Shown here: in pieces, positions 31,675 to 43,547 of the stretch
Layout of the letters: each line of letters opens with the position of its first letter
How positions within the stretch are numbered: position 1 is the stretch's first letter
Source: Amoebidium appalachense
Lineage: Eukaryota > Protista > Ichthyosporea
Assembly: GCA_963693365.1 (NCBI GenBank)
Contig: CAVNZM010000003.1
Location: 9,950,101 to 10,014,100, forward strand
DNA length: 64,000 bases
Direction: 5' to 3'
The notes under the pieces: model-generated
What the model was told of the DNA's origin: nothing
Databases searched by the model: none
What the model saw: the letters and a program-made list of their open reading frames with translations, nothing else
Position numbers and translations under genes: made by a program

Positions 31675-32154
31675 TTATCTTTCTGTTGTGAAACAACATT
31701 AGGTGGGGTTTTGCTCTATAAGGTTTGTATTCAATTTGTCTGCTGGTACCGGTAGGGAGGGAGTAAGTCACTAGTCTGGGTTGTGCCCAGGGTAATAGTA
31801 GTAAATTGGGCTGTGCCTCATTTAACCTCGGCCACTGTAAATAAAATCAAGCTGCCTACGGCCCACAGTTTCCAATTAATTGCCACGAACAAGCAGCAAA
31901 GCTCACTCAGCCCGTTTCTACCCCCACCCCCACCCCCACCCCCACCCCACCCGTTTGCACACAACACACACTCACTCACTCACTCACTCACTCACTCACT
32001 CACTTGCTCACTCACACCTACAAATGCAACACACACACACACACAAAAACACACACGTGTACTTAAGTATATGTGCATCCATACAAACATATCACACAGC
32101 ACCGTGCACACATGCACTCACTCAACTCACATCTTACCGTAAGTACAAAACAGA

Positions 32155-33425
<1,271 letters not shown>

Positions 33426-33724
33426 TCACACCCACACAGCCACACACGCACACACACAATGAGGATTCCCGACTCTGAGGCCGGCAGCCTGCAGCAGAAT
33501 CACCATATAGTTGAAAATTAGTATGCATATGCATGTGCACAAAAGCTACCGAGACTGTACTCATGGTCATCCTTGATTTTATTACACTACGTATACTCAG
33601 GCATCCTGTGCCTCGTACATCTTAAATTTAGCATACATGCTATGCACTACTTCCATATCATTCTGAAGCACGTGACCAAAACAAAACAAAACAAACAAAC
33701 AAACAAACAAACAAACAAAATAAA

Positions 33725-33864
<140 letters not shown>

Positions 33865-33947
33865 TGTGTGTGTGTGTGTGTGTGTTAATTATAAAGCGAG
33901 CCCATCCCGTCAATATGCATTAATATTCATTCAATGTTAAAGCATAA

Positions 33948-34664
33948 TCAGGCTTGATCAAACCATTTGTCCCTGACACGTTTCCTCAAGTCAGATAAAC
34001 TCCCGGTGGTATCAATCTCCACGCCCCTTTCACCGAGGTCACTGCATACCTTCAAAAGGTCCCCCCTATTCATCTTCTGTATTTTTTTCAAATCTAGAAT
34101 ACGGGGAGTGATAGACACAGAATTTGCATATTCCTCAGCGGTTTTAACAAAACTCTCAGTGCCACTCAATTTTCCAGTCACAACACATTCATACACTTGC
34201 ATATAAGCAGCACTCTTGCAAAAATCACACTTCTGCCTGCCACCCTTGACATCTCGTCTCACCCTCCCCCCACCTTCCGCCCGCACCTCAGCCCTCCCCT
34301 CAACTCCCCTCTCAATCCTGGCCTCTATTCCCTCCCCCTCATCAGCCAACCCATCCTCAACAACCTCACCCTCCTCGTCTACACTTGGCAGGCCTTCTAT
34401 CTCAGCACCGTTAGGCCTGCCACACCAACAAAACTCAAGACTCTCCAACATATATTTTGGTGTCATCTCCCGTGGTCTGGACCAATTGCTAAGCACGGTC
34501 CTCTTTGGCATTTTGTTCCGCAACCATAGTGTGGATGCAAATGTGTGTTTCCATACTTGCCACCATACATTCATATCCTTGTCCTTCATTTGCCAATTCA
34601 CAAATGCAAACATTTTTTTCACAACATGCAGCAAGGACTCGCGTTCCTGCATATCTGCTGCACA
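33948..34664 (-). pseudogene. 3' part of a transposase-like gene split by the copia insertion, with a Cys-pair motif and a SAP-like C-terminus
   Basis: Joins in frame to the exon at 57209-57346 after removing copia and one TSD (…KLGTGL|CAADMQERES…). Contains CWCG…CDFC and KMNRGDLLKVCSDLG…TGSLSDLRKRV. Confidence 0.7.
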
Positions 34665-35239
34665 CAAACTGTCATCTTCACTTGATTCTCAGCAAGACTT
34701 AGAAGTTGAGTTTTGTATTTATTTATTAGTTGTTGTAGTTTGTTTCCTTTTCCTTTCTTCATTTCTTTCTTTCTTTTCCGTTTCCGTGTACACGACATCT
34801 TAGATCTGTGTACGTATCGACATACTTAGCTCGCGCACACGTATTGTCGTTTGCGTCAAAATCTATATATGTCATCCAATCATATCTCGTTTGTATTTTC
34901 CCAAATATAGTAACTTACATTCCTTTCTCATTCCTTTCCCACGACGTAGCATTGTGATATGTTCTTCAACTATTAGGAATAATTATATTTAGACGTGTTA
35001 TGATAAGAACATGTATAAATGTATGTTATGAATTAATAGTTACATAAGTGGTTTCATTTTGGTTTTATTTGTGGAAATTATTGACATAAATATTTTTCTG
35101 GGTAAACACGTAGGATGGGTGTTCGATACCAACATAACCATGTAGGCTTCATTTTGTGTTTTAGCAGTTAGCGGTTGGCTGCCCGCACACGGGCACCTAT
35201 TAGCCAGTCAAAACATCAGATACCACAGATCACTAGACC

Positions 35240-35325
35240 GAGTTATGATTGGCTCGGATCAGATTTCACATATCACTAGATCGATTTTTGATTGGTTCAG
35301 ATCGGTAGGCTTAGGTATATAAGCA
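35240..35325 (+). promoter_or_regulatory. Putative Ngaro promoter within repeat A
   Basis: Two GATTGG (reverse CCAAT) boxes followed by GTATATAAG ~130 bp upstream of the gag ATG. Conserved in the copies at ~3860-3935 and ~40150-40225. Confidence 0.55.
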
Positions 35326-35449
35326 CGACAGTTTTTAGCAGATCAGCAAGCTACAAACACATCTTCTGTGTTTAGCATCCACAGCCTTACAGCTATATAC
35401 TCCTTTTCACTCCTTTTCATTCTCCCTATCTTTCCCTACGCCGGTCAGC

Positions 35450-36619
35450 ATGCCGCCGAAAAAGCGCCAGGCCTCAGCCGCCGCCCCTGCCGCGGCACCT
35501 AAGCGCCTGACCCGCAGCGACCTCCGCCACAGGCTGACCAACGCTCCCGCGGACACTGACGCGCCTCCAGCGGCCCATACCACCACGGACCCGGACCCGC
35601 CGGCTACTCTCCCCTCCACCCCTGAAGTCCCCCCTCAGGCCCCGCCGTCCCCGCAGATGACTTCTCAAGACGCCGTCCTGGCCGCCCTCACCGCCATCAG
35701 CACCCAGATGGCTGGCGTCCTGGCTGCTCTCACCAACCGCGACCCTCCCGCGCCCCCCGCCGCGCCCTCCACACCCGGGGAGGTTTCCCCGGGGCTGCAT
35801 CTCGGCCCTGACCTTGACCTGCCTGCCCTGCCCGCGCCCCCCATCACAGGTGAGAACACTGACGACATTCAGCCGGGCACACTCCCGCTTCCCCCCGCGG
35901 ATGTGCTGGCAGATTTGCGCGCCAATCGTTTCGTCGACCTGTATAAGTTCACCCCCGCCGCCCTCCTGGCCCCATCCAAGAAAGGTCAGCATCTGCGCAT
36001 GGCCGACGACGGCAGCATCGAGACTTTTCGCCAAGACAAACCCGTTCCCCTGCGTTCACTCGTCATTTGGATCCAAGCTTGGACCCATTACATGGCCGCC
36101 AAGCACCACCTCGGCCTTCCCACGGACAAAGACGTACTTTGGACTCAGCACATCACTCGCCTCAGCACCCGATACCCGTGGGCCCAGATCCACAACTATG
36201 ACGTATACGCCCGCACCGTGGCCCACCAGCAGGGTCGGGCTCCGATCGAGTGCCCCAACCTGCTCGCCCAACTCCACCAGGATCTCCTCCTGCCACCCAC
36301 CCTGCTCATCCAGGACGCATGTCAGCGCTGTGGCTTCCCCGACCACCCCAGCGCGGCCTGCCCCATGTACCCCAAGCCCGGCTGTGGTCTTGACGGCTTT
36401 AAGCCGCCCCACAAGCCCGGCGGGGGTCACACCCCTAACCGCCCTGGCCCGCAACCCGGCCCGGCCAAACCGGCCCGACCCGTGGATCTACCCGCGACGC
36501 ACTGCAGGAATTTCCACATTAACGGTCGGTCCTGCGCTAAGCAGCCCTGCCCCTTCTCCCACGTGTGCCCGCTCTGCTCTGGCACACACCCCCGCAAAGA
36601 CTGCAAGCACAATGCCTAG
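35450..36619 (+). CDS. Ngaro Gag-like protein
   Basis: 389 aa, with W.QAW..Y, YPWAQIHNYDVYAR and a C-terminal zinc finger CRNFH…C…C.FSHVC..C…H…C typical of Ngaro/DIRS ORF1. Confidence 0.88.
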   Translation: MPPKKRQASAAAPAAAPKRLTRSDLRHRLTNAPADTDAPPAAHTTTDPDPPATLPSTPEVPPQAPPSPQMTSQDAVLAALTAISTQMAGVLAALTNRDPPAPPAAPSTPGEVSPGLHLGPDLDLPALPAPPITGENTDDIQPGTLPLPPADVLADLRANRFVDLYKFTPAALLAPSKKGQHLRMADDGSIETFRQDKPVPLRSLVIWIQAWTHYMAAKHHLGLPTDKDVLWTQHITRLSTRYPWAQIHNYDVYARTVAHQQGRAPIECPNLLAQLHQDLLLPPTLLIQDACQRCGFPDHPSAACPMYPKPGCGLDGFKPPHKPGGGHTPNRPGPQPGPAKPARPVDLPATHCRNFHINGRSCAKQPCPFSHVCPLCSGTHPRKDCKHNA

Positions 36620-36897
36620 TCTACGCGCACACCCACACACACAGCTAGAACATAGGGGTTCGGAGCTAGGACACACGAGTACAGGGAAACGGAGCTCGGG
36701 AGAACGGGCCAATAGGGCTGAGTACAAAATTTCGCAGGCCAACTACGGCGCCCGCGCGCGTCAAGAATAAATGTCCCTATACAAAGACGTTTATTCTGGC
36801 CACTGCACATAATTTTACTCCCCCCCCCCCCATCCCACGAGCCTCCCCCCCCTTACACTCACCTAGCACTCCCTCCCCCCCCCCTTCTTCTACCGCT

Positions 36898-37012
36898 GTG
36901 TCCGCCCACACCCCCGCGTGCTCGGGCACATTCCCCTGCACAGGGCCCCGCTGCCCTCCCTGCCAACCCTCACTTGGGCCAAGCTGCCCTACTCTAACCC
37001 CCCGGGGCCCTG

Positions 37013-37064
<52 letters not shown>

Positions 37065-38754
37065 CTGCCGGGATCTCCCCAAGGGTACACCACCCTTGCT
37101 AACCACCCCCTTCCCCCGAGGCTCAGACCCGGAGGCCCGCCCGCTGCCCCAGCACCACATTGACACCTCCCGCCTCCGGGAACTGCTGGCCTCCTACCCG
37201 GACCAACCATTCGCCGCACAACTCCTCCACGATGTCGAATTCGGCGTCGACATCGGCTATCGCGGCCCCTCCACCTCTCGGGTGGGCCCCAACCTACCCA
37301 CCACCCCGGAGGCAGCTGCCGCTATCACGGTGGATATTGCCAAAGAAGTCGCCCTCGGCCACCTGCGCGGCCCCCTCTCCCCGGCCCAATTCTTTGACGA
37401 ATTTCCCGTCCACCGTTCCTCCCCCATCGGCGCCGTTACCAAGAAAGGGAACCCCCCCAAGTGCCGTCGAATCCACCACCTCTCCTGGCCCCGGGGTAGC
37501 AGTGTCAATGACAGCATCACCTACCCCGACGAACTTCAGTACATTCGCGCCCGGGATGTCAGCCAACTCATTCTCGACGCAGGCCCCGGCTGCTACATGG
37601 CCGTGGCAGATGTGCAGGCTGCCTTCCGGCACATGCCCATCCGACCGGAAGACCACCACTTAATGGCATTCAAATGGCAAGGGCATTTTTACGTTGAAAC
37701 CAGACTGCCCTTCGGCCTGAAATCTAGCCCAGCCATCTGGGAACGGATCGCGGCCACCCTACAGTGGCTGGCACACCAGCACGGTATTACCCTCATCCGC
37801 CACTACGTAGACGACTGGATTATAGTCGCCCCCACACAACAGCAGTGCCAACGTCACCTATCCACCTTTCTGCAACTCTGCCGAGAGCTGCACATTGCCA
37901 TCTCCGAAGACAAGATGCAGGGCCCGGCTACCCGTGTCGTCTTCATCGGTATCGAATTCGACTCCATCGCCATGGAGGCACGAATCCCGGCTTCCAAGCT
38001 CTCGGACCTACTCGACCTCACTTCCCACCCAAAGCCCACCATCACCATTCGGGACCTCCAGTCCCTCCTCGGCAAACTCACCTGGTGTGCCCAGCTGGTT
38101 CCCCCCGGGAGGGCCTTCTCCCAGCGCCTATGGGCCCTTCTCCGGACCCACCCACACCTTGCCGGCCACCACCACATACGACTGACTGCTGCCGCCCGGG
38201 CCGACATAGCCGAATGGCACCAGTTCCTCACATCATGGAATGGGGTGCACCTCATCACACCCCCCACATACACCACCCTGGCCACTGATGCTGCCGGATC
38301 GGTGGGTCTAGGTGGCCACTGGCTCGACCAATGGTTCTTCATGCCCTGGTCCCCCTCCACCCAAGCCCTCTATGCTCATCATGATGAGGGTAAACTCGGT
38401 TCTTCCGTCATCGAACTCCTGGCCATCGCAGCCGCCGTGGCCCTCTGGGCCCCCTCCTGGTCCACCCACCATGTCCGTATTTTATGCGACAACACGGGTG
38501 CTGTGTCTGACCTGCACTCCCGGTCTTCCCCCCACCCCGTGATGGCCAAACTTATTCGGTTCATCACCCGCATGGAAATGCAATACCAATTTACGTTACA
38601 GGCATCCTACCTACCAGGACCCCTCAACCATCTGGCCGATGCCATTTCTCGTAACCAACTTCCCCGGGCCCGACGACTCCGACCTTCCCTGCAACCGGAG
38701 CCCTGCCCCTTCCCCTCCTGGGTCCACGAGTTCCTATCCCTTCCCTTGGGCTAA
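36898..38754 (+). CDS. Ngaro reverse transcriptase/RNase H (true start uncertain)
   Basis: RRIHHLSWP..SVND, ADVQAAFR, LPFGLKSSP, HYVDDW, ATDAAG, ELLAI, CDN, N.LADAISR. Confidence 0.93.
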
Positions 38755-38779
38755 CCCCCCCCCCCCCCCCCCCCCCCCC

Positions 38780-39844
38780 CCAGATCTCCCGTTCCGGAGC
38801 AACACTGGCAGATTGGCCCCCCACTTTGCTCCGGCCGAGCTGCTTCGAGCCACCACTACCCTGCAGGAATGCCAGGCCCTGAGTCTCAACCTCGACTCTC
38901 GGGCCTTTTACTCCGGGTGCAAAAAGTGTTCATCGATTTCTGTGTGGCATCTCGGCTGCAATCCTCCTCCGGGTCCTCCCTCCCGGCCTCCCCACACACC
39001 GTGCAACTTTTTCTCGCCTGGTGTGCCCAACGAGGGGTACAGGCCTCTTCCTTAACCGGCTACAATTCGGCCATCACCAGGCTCCACCTCGACATGGGCC
39101 TCCCTGCTCCCTACCCCCACGACAAGTCTCTGGCCTGGTTCCTACGGGGGGTAGGCCGATGGCAGCTTTCTCACAACATCCGACCCCGCTCATCCACCAG
39201 GGAACCCCTCCTCCCCTCCCACCTCCACCTACTCCACGGCCAGTGCCCCACCAAGGCCTCCTCGGCCAATCTCCGGCTATGGACGGCCCTCATCGTCGGT
39301 TTCTGTGGTCTCCTCCGTTCAGGGGAATTTACCTCCAAGACCCTGACTTCTTTCGACCCGTCCCGTCACGTTAAACGGAAGGACGTGACCTTCAGCTACA
39401 CCCCCACCGGTACTTTGTCCCATGCCACCCTCCACCTGCCAACCTCTAAGACGGATGTACAGGCCCGAGGTGTCAACGTCACCCTAGCTGCCCTGCCCCT
39501 CACCCACTTCTCCCCAGCCCATCTCCTCCGGCAGTTCCTGGATACAACGTCCGGTCAACCCGACGACCCCCTCTTCAGTCTCGGTGGCATCCCCTACACC
39601 AAGAGTGCTTTCTCTGCCGATTTCCGTGCCCTCCTCTCCCGGGCAGGCCTCTCACCCTCCCGGTTTGCCGGACACAGCCTCCGCATCGGGGGGGGCCACA
39701 GCACTGGCTGAGGCCGGGGTCGACGACTCCCGGATCAAACAACTCGGCCGGTGGTCCTCCGACTGCTTCCTGATCTATACCCGACTTCGTCCGGCCTCCA
39801 TTGCTGCCACCACCACACGTGTATTCGCCTCTATTCTTAAGTGA
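38780..39844 (+). pseudogene. Ngaro tyrosine recombinase with two apparent frameshifts (~38915 and a G-run at ~39690)
   Basis: Catalytic set LLRSGE, SKTD and GHSLRIGG. ATALAEAG…LGRWSSDCFLIY lies in the adjacent frame. Confidence 0.88.
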
Positions 39845-40886
39845 AACCTTTGGAGCAAGCATACTGCTCTCGTGCCGTGGTTTACAACCATTGCAGGTTC
39901 ACTTTCGTCCAAGGGGATGTCCCCCTAGAGGCAACACACGTCCCGGAGTAGTTTTTCATAGAGGTTTTATTTGTGGAAATTATTGACATAAATATTTTTC
40001 TGGGTAAACACGTAGGATGGGTGTTCGATACCAACATAACCATGTAGGCTTCATTTCGTGTTTTAGCAGTTAGCGGTTGGCTGCCCGCACACGGGCACCT
40101 ATTAGCCAGTCAAAACATCAGATACCACAGATCACTAGACCGAGTTATGATTGGCTCGGATCAGATTTCACATATCACTAGATCGATTTTTGATTGGTTC
40201 AGATCGGTAGGCTTAGGTATATAAGCACGACAGTTTTTAGCAGATCAGCAAGCTACAAACACATCTTCTGTGTTTAGCATCCACAGCCTTACAGCTATAT
40301 ATTCCTTTTCACCCACCCACCTACACCCACACACAACCCCCATTGATCCACACATACGTGCTGTTTTTTCACGGGGCGAAGCCTTCCCCCGTTTTTTGGG
40401 CACATGGACCTCACGGATCAATAAATTGATGACTGGGGGCTTGCCGTGGTTTACAACCATTGCAGGTTCATTTTCGTCCAAGGGGATGTCCCCCTAGAGG
40501 CGTTTCCGTGCTTTTATTAGAAGTTTCTTTCATTAGAGGATTGAGTTTTATATTCTATGTGTCGACAGACATTTTAATCGATATATTTTACACTCATAGT
40601 TTTCGTTCTTTTGATTGGTTTATCGTTTCACATTCCCAAGTATAAAAGGGACCTCATCTTGAAATAAATCATAAGCAGTCGTATTCATTTCCTATGGTTC
40701 CAGAAATCGTTCCTCCTCTCCGGTTGTGTTTTTCCCGTGTGTCTCTGTGTTGTGTATATCATAACACCCATCTGTGCTCTCTGCTTCTCCGTTTACCCAC
40801 ACAAAACAACAGGTTTACGGCCCCTTTGCACGCTAACACACAATCTCGTTACAACCGCGAAATCTCTCAGTCTTACTGCTTCAATC

Positions 40887-42152
40887 ATGACTGACAAACC
40901 GTCGTATATCAACCTTCCAATATGGAATCCGTCCGAGAAACGAGACGAGAAACGTCTTAATTATTTCGAGTGGGAGCCACTCATTCACCGGTTCATTAGA
41001 ACAACCATTGCCGAGAAATTCGTTGACGCTATCAAGAGGCCACAGTGGGTTGACGGCGCTGAAGCCAACCAGTGGCTAGGCTACACCACCAAGGACTCCT
41101 ACAAGAAAGCTTCCGACGTCCTCGATCAGATCCTCAACCAGTCCGTCCACCCGACCGAGCTCTACGACTCCGGCCGGATGCAAGACGGTGTCCACGGTGG
41201 TGAAGTCTTCCACAACCTACGTATGGCGTATGTAGCAGAGAAGGAGGCTCGAGTCACTCAGATCCAAGTCACCTTCGAGGAGCTTGAACTACGAGACTAC
41301 CCCAACGTCACAGCATACCTCACCCGTCTCCAACGTCTGGCTACGACACTTGCCTGCCTCGACGAGCCCGTCCAGCACAAGGATGTCGTACGTAAGTTCT
41401 TCCTCCACCTCCGGAAGAACACGGCCTTGGTCTGCTCCGACATTGAACGTCTCTGCTCCGACTACTGGATGAACAACAAGGCCTACCCGTCCTTCAACAT
41501 GCTCATCAGTGACATCCGAGGAGCTGAAATCCGTGCCGGCCTCATCGACGCAGGCACTGGTGCAACCGTCAACAACCGTCCCCTCCGTGCACTCCAGAGC
41601 AGAGTGCTTCCCCCCGGTGACCTCGGTAACCGTATTCCTCGACGTGAGCATACACCTCACCGATCCCCGTCCCGTTCCCGTGATCCTCGTCCGTCCTCCA
41701 AGTCACCCGGCCCCCGTTCAACTTCCCCTTACCACCGTGGTAACAGGGACAACCGTAACCGACAGCACAACACCAAGAAGGTGGAGTGTTCCTACTGCCA
41801 TGAGCCCCACCACATCACAGCATGCCCGGAGCCTGGCTGTACTGTTGCTCGTCGTGCCAAGCAGGAGAAAGGCGACAAGAGTGTGATTATTGCACTCATC
41901 TCCTCCACCGGCACACCTGACAGTAACGACCCCGTCTGGAACAGTGCTTGTAATGCACACATCTGCCCCATCAAGGAGTATTTCTCCTCCCTTACCCCGT
42001 GTCCTCCCACCCTCATTCACGGCCTCGGCACAGTCAATGCCAAACAACGTGGCATCATCAACATGACACTGCACTACAACGGCCACCCAACACAGTGCAG
42101 CATCAATGCTTACTACGTACCCGAGGCACCGTCTTTACTCGTGTCTCCTATA
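40887..42152 (+). pseudogene. Copia gag-protease, truncated by the LINE
   Basis: Starts MTDKPSY shortly after the PBS. Zinc knuckle CSYCHEPHHITAC, degenerate protease motif WNSACNAHICP, and the copia-like AYYVPEA.SLLVS. Confidence 0.85.
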
Positions 42153-42257
42153 GCACACATCGATTCAGTCGCACACATCGATTCAGTCGCACACATCGAT
42201 TCAGTCGCACACATCGATTCAGTCGCACACATCGATTCAGTCGCACACATCGATTCA
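42153..42257 (+). repeat. 18-bp tandem repeat x6 (GCACACATCGATTCAGTC) at the LINE 5' end
   Basis: Five perfect units plus one partial. Confidence 0.95.
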
Positions 42258-42362
42258 AATGTCGCTTTTTATTATCTGCTAATAAATAGTATCCTTCGCG
42301 CATCCACCCCTAAACCAGGCCATCCATGGCCCTAAGGGCCGGGGAACACCCCCATCCATGTC

Positions 42363-43547
42363 ATGGCACATGCCTATAATCGTTTCAGAACCTCTTTCAA
42401 AGTTCCATCTACACCCATCACACATGTGCGACCATTAAAACGTCCAGCAGATACACCTACCACAGATGCACAACCAGAAAAACATCGCCTTAGACTAAGC
42501 GCAACACCTATTTACAATACACTACCCATTCAGAATAACACCACACCACTCCGTAGAAACACAATAACAACCATGCCGAAACTTTCGGTTGATACAGTAC
42601 TGGCAGAACTTGCCCTCGTTAAGAAACAGCTAAATGAGCTGTTACCACTCAAGAACATGATAGAAAAACTCCAAACAGAAAATACCCAACTCAAGCTCAC
42701 CATTGATTCACTCACAGCCCAGCTAAACATTAGTGGATCGCAAAACCCCAAAACTCATGAGCAAACATCTCGCGACGGAGACATTTCCACCCCAACACAA
42801 AACAACACAGGACCGGAAGCACAGCTCCCGGCAGAGTTCCTAGAATATGCGAACTCTCGTAAAACACCCGAGCTCCGCCAAATTGCCAAGGAAACATATG
42901 CCAGCATTCTTGCAGGCAACGAGTACCGCCGCAACTCCCCTCCCAAACCGCCGGCTAAGGGGAACACCCAAGCAAACGGTAACATCAACATCCCACCCAA
43001 ATACGAGAGGGTGTATTTCAAAGTCAAGCACGGCAGACGCCCACACAGGGCCATGTGGTCCATCTTCAAGGCTCTCGGCTTTCGGTGCTCTCGCATCCTT
43101 TGTCTGTCCTTCATTGGATACGATGTGCTGGAAGTAGCAGTACGGGGCGACTATAACCGTGCGTTCATCCGAGACGCGACAAAGGGGTGTGGAAGCTTCT
43201 TCACCCACCTCCCAAGCTACGACCCATGCGCGCCGGAAAACATTCAGAAAGCAGACAAAGAACGTAAAGTGTCTGCTAAGAATGCGTGCGCCACACGTTG
43301 TCGTGTACGCATCAGCAAGGCAAAAGAGTTCCTCGCAAAGTTGGAAAACGATGCTACGAGCGTGATACACACGGACACGAAGGAACCAATGTTTTCTGGT
43401 GAGAAACTGCTCGAGCGCAAACGCCGATGCGAGATGGAAATCGAGCTCTTCTGCGAACTGTTCGCGCTGGCGGAAGGTCGTGCATACGACCCCGTAAGCG
43501 ACAAGTGGGAACCAACCCCACAGGTGTCGGACCAAACCGATGCCTAA
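42363..43547 (+). CDS. LINE ORF1 protein
   Basis: 394 aa with a coiled coil (LAELALVKKQL…LQTENTQLKLTIDSLTAQL) and an RRM-like ILCLSFIGYDVLEVAV. Overlaps the ORF2 ATG at 43540. Confidence 0.82.
   Translation: MAHAYNRFRTSFKVPSTPITHVRPLKRPADTPTTDAQPEKHRLRLSATPIYNTLPIQNNTTPLRRNTITTMPKLSVDTVLAELALVKKQLNELLPLKNMIEKLQTENTQLKLTIDSLTAQLNISGSQNPKTHEQTSRDGDISTPTQNNTGPEAQLPAEFLEYANSRKTPELRQIAKETYASILAGNEYRRNSPPKPPAKGNTQANGNINIPPKYERVYFKVKHGRRPHRAMWSIFKALGFRCSRILCLSFIGYDVLEVAVRGDYNRAFIRDATKGCGSFFTHLPSYDPCAPENIQKADKERKVSAKNACATRCRVRISKAKEFLAKLENDATSVIHTDTKEPMFSGEKLLERKRRCEMEIELFCELFALAEGRAYDPVSDKWEPTPQVSDQTDA

Larger units (their letters stand above)
35061..40501 (+). mobile_element. Full-length Ngaro-type tyrosine-recombinase retrotransposon inserted in the copia 5' LTR
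   Basis: Split direct repeats A1 35061-35410, B1 39873-39932, A2 39963-40312, B2 40442-40501. Gene order is gag, RT/RNase H, YR. No methyltransferase domain follows RNase H. Confidence 0.93.
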
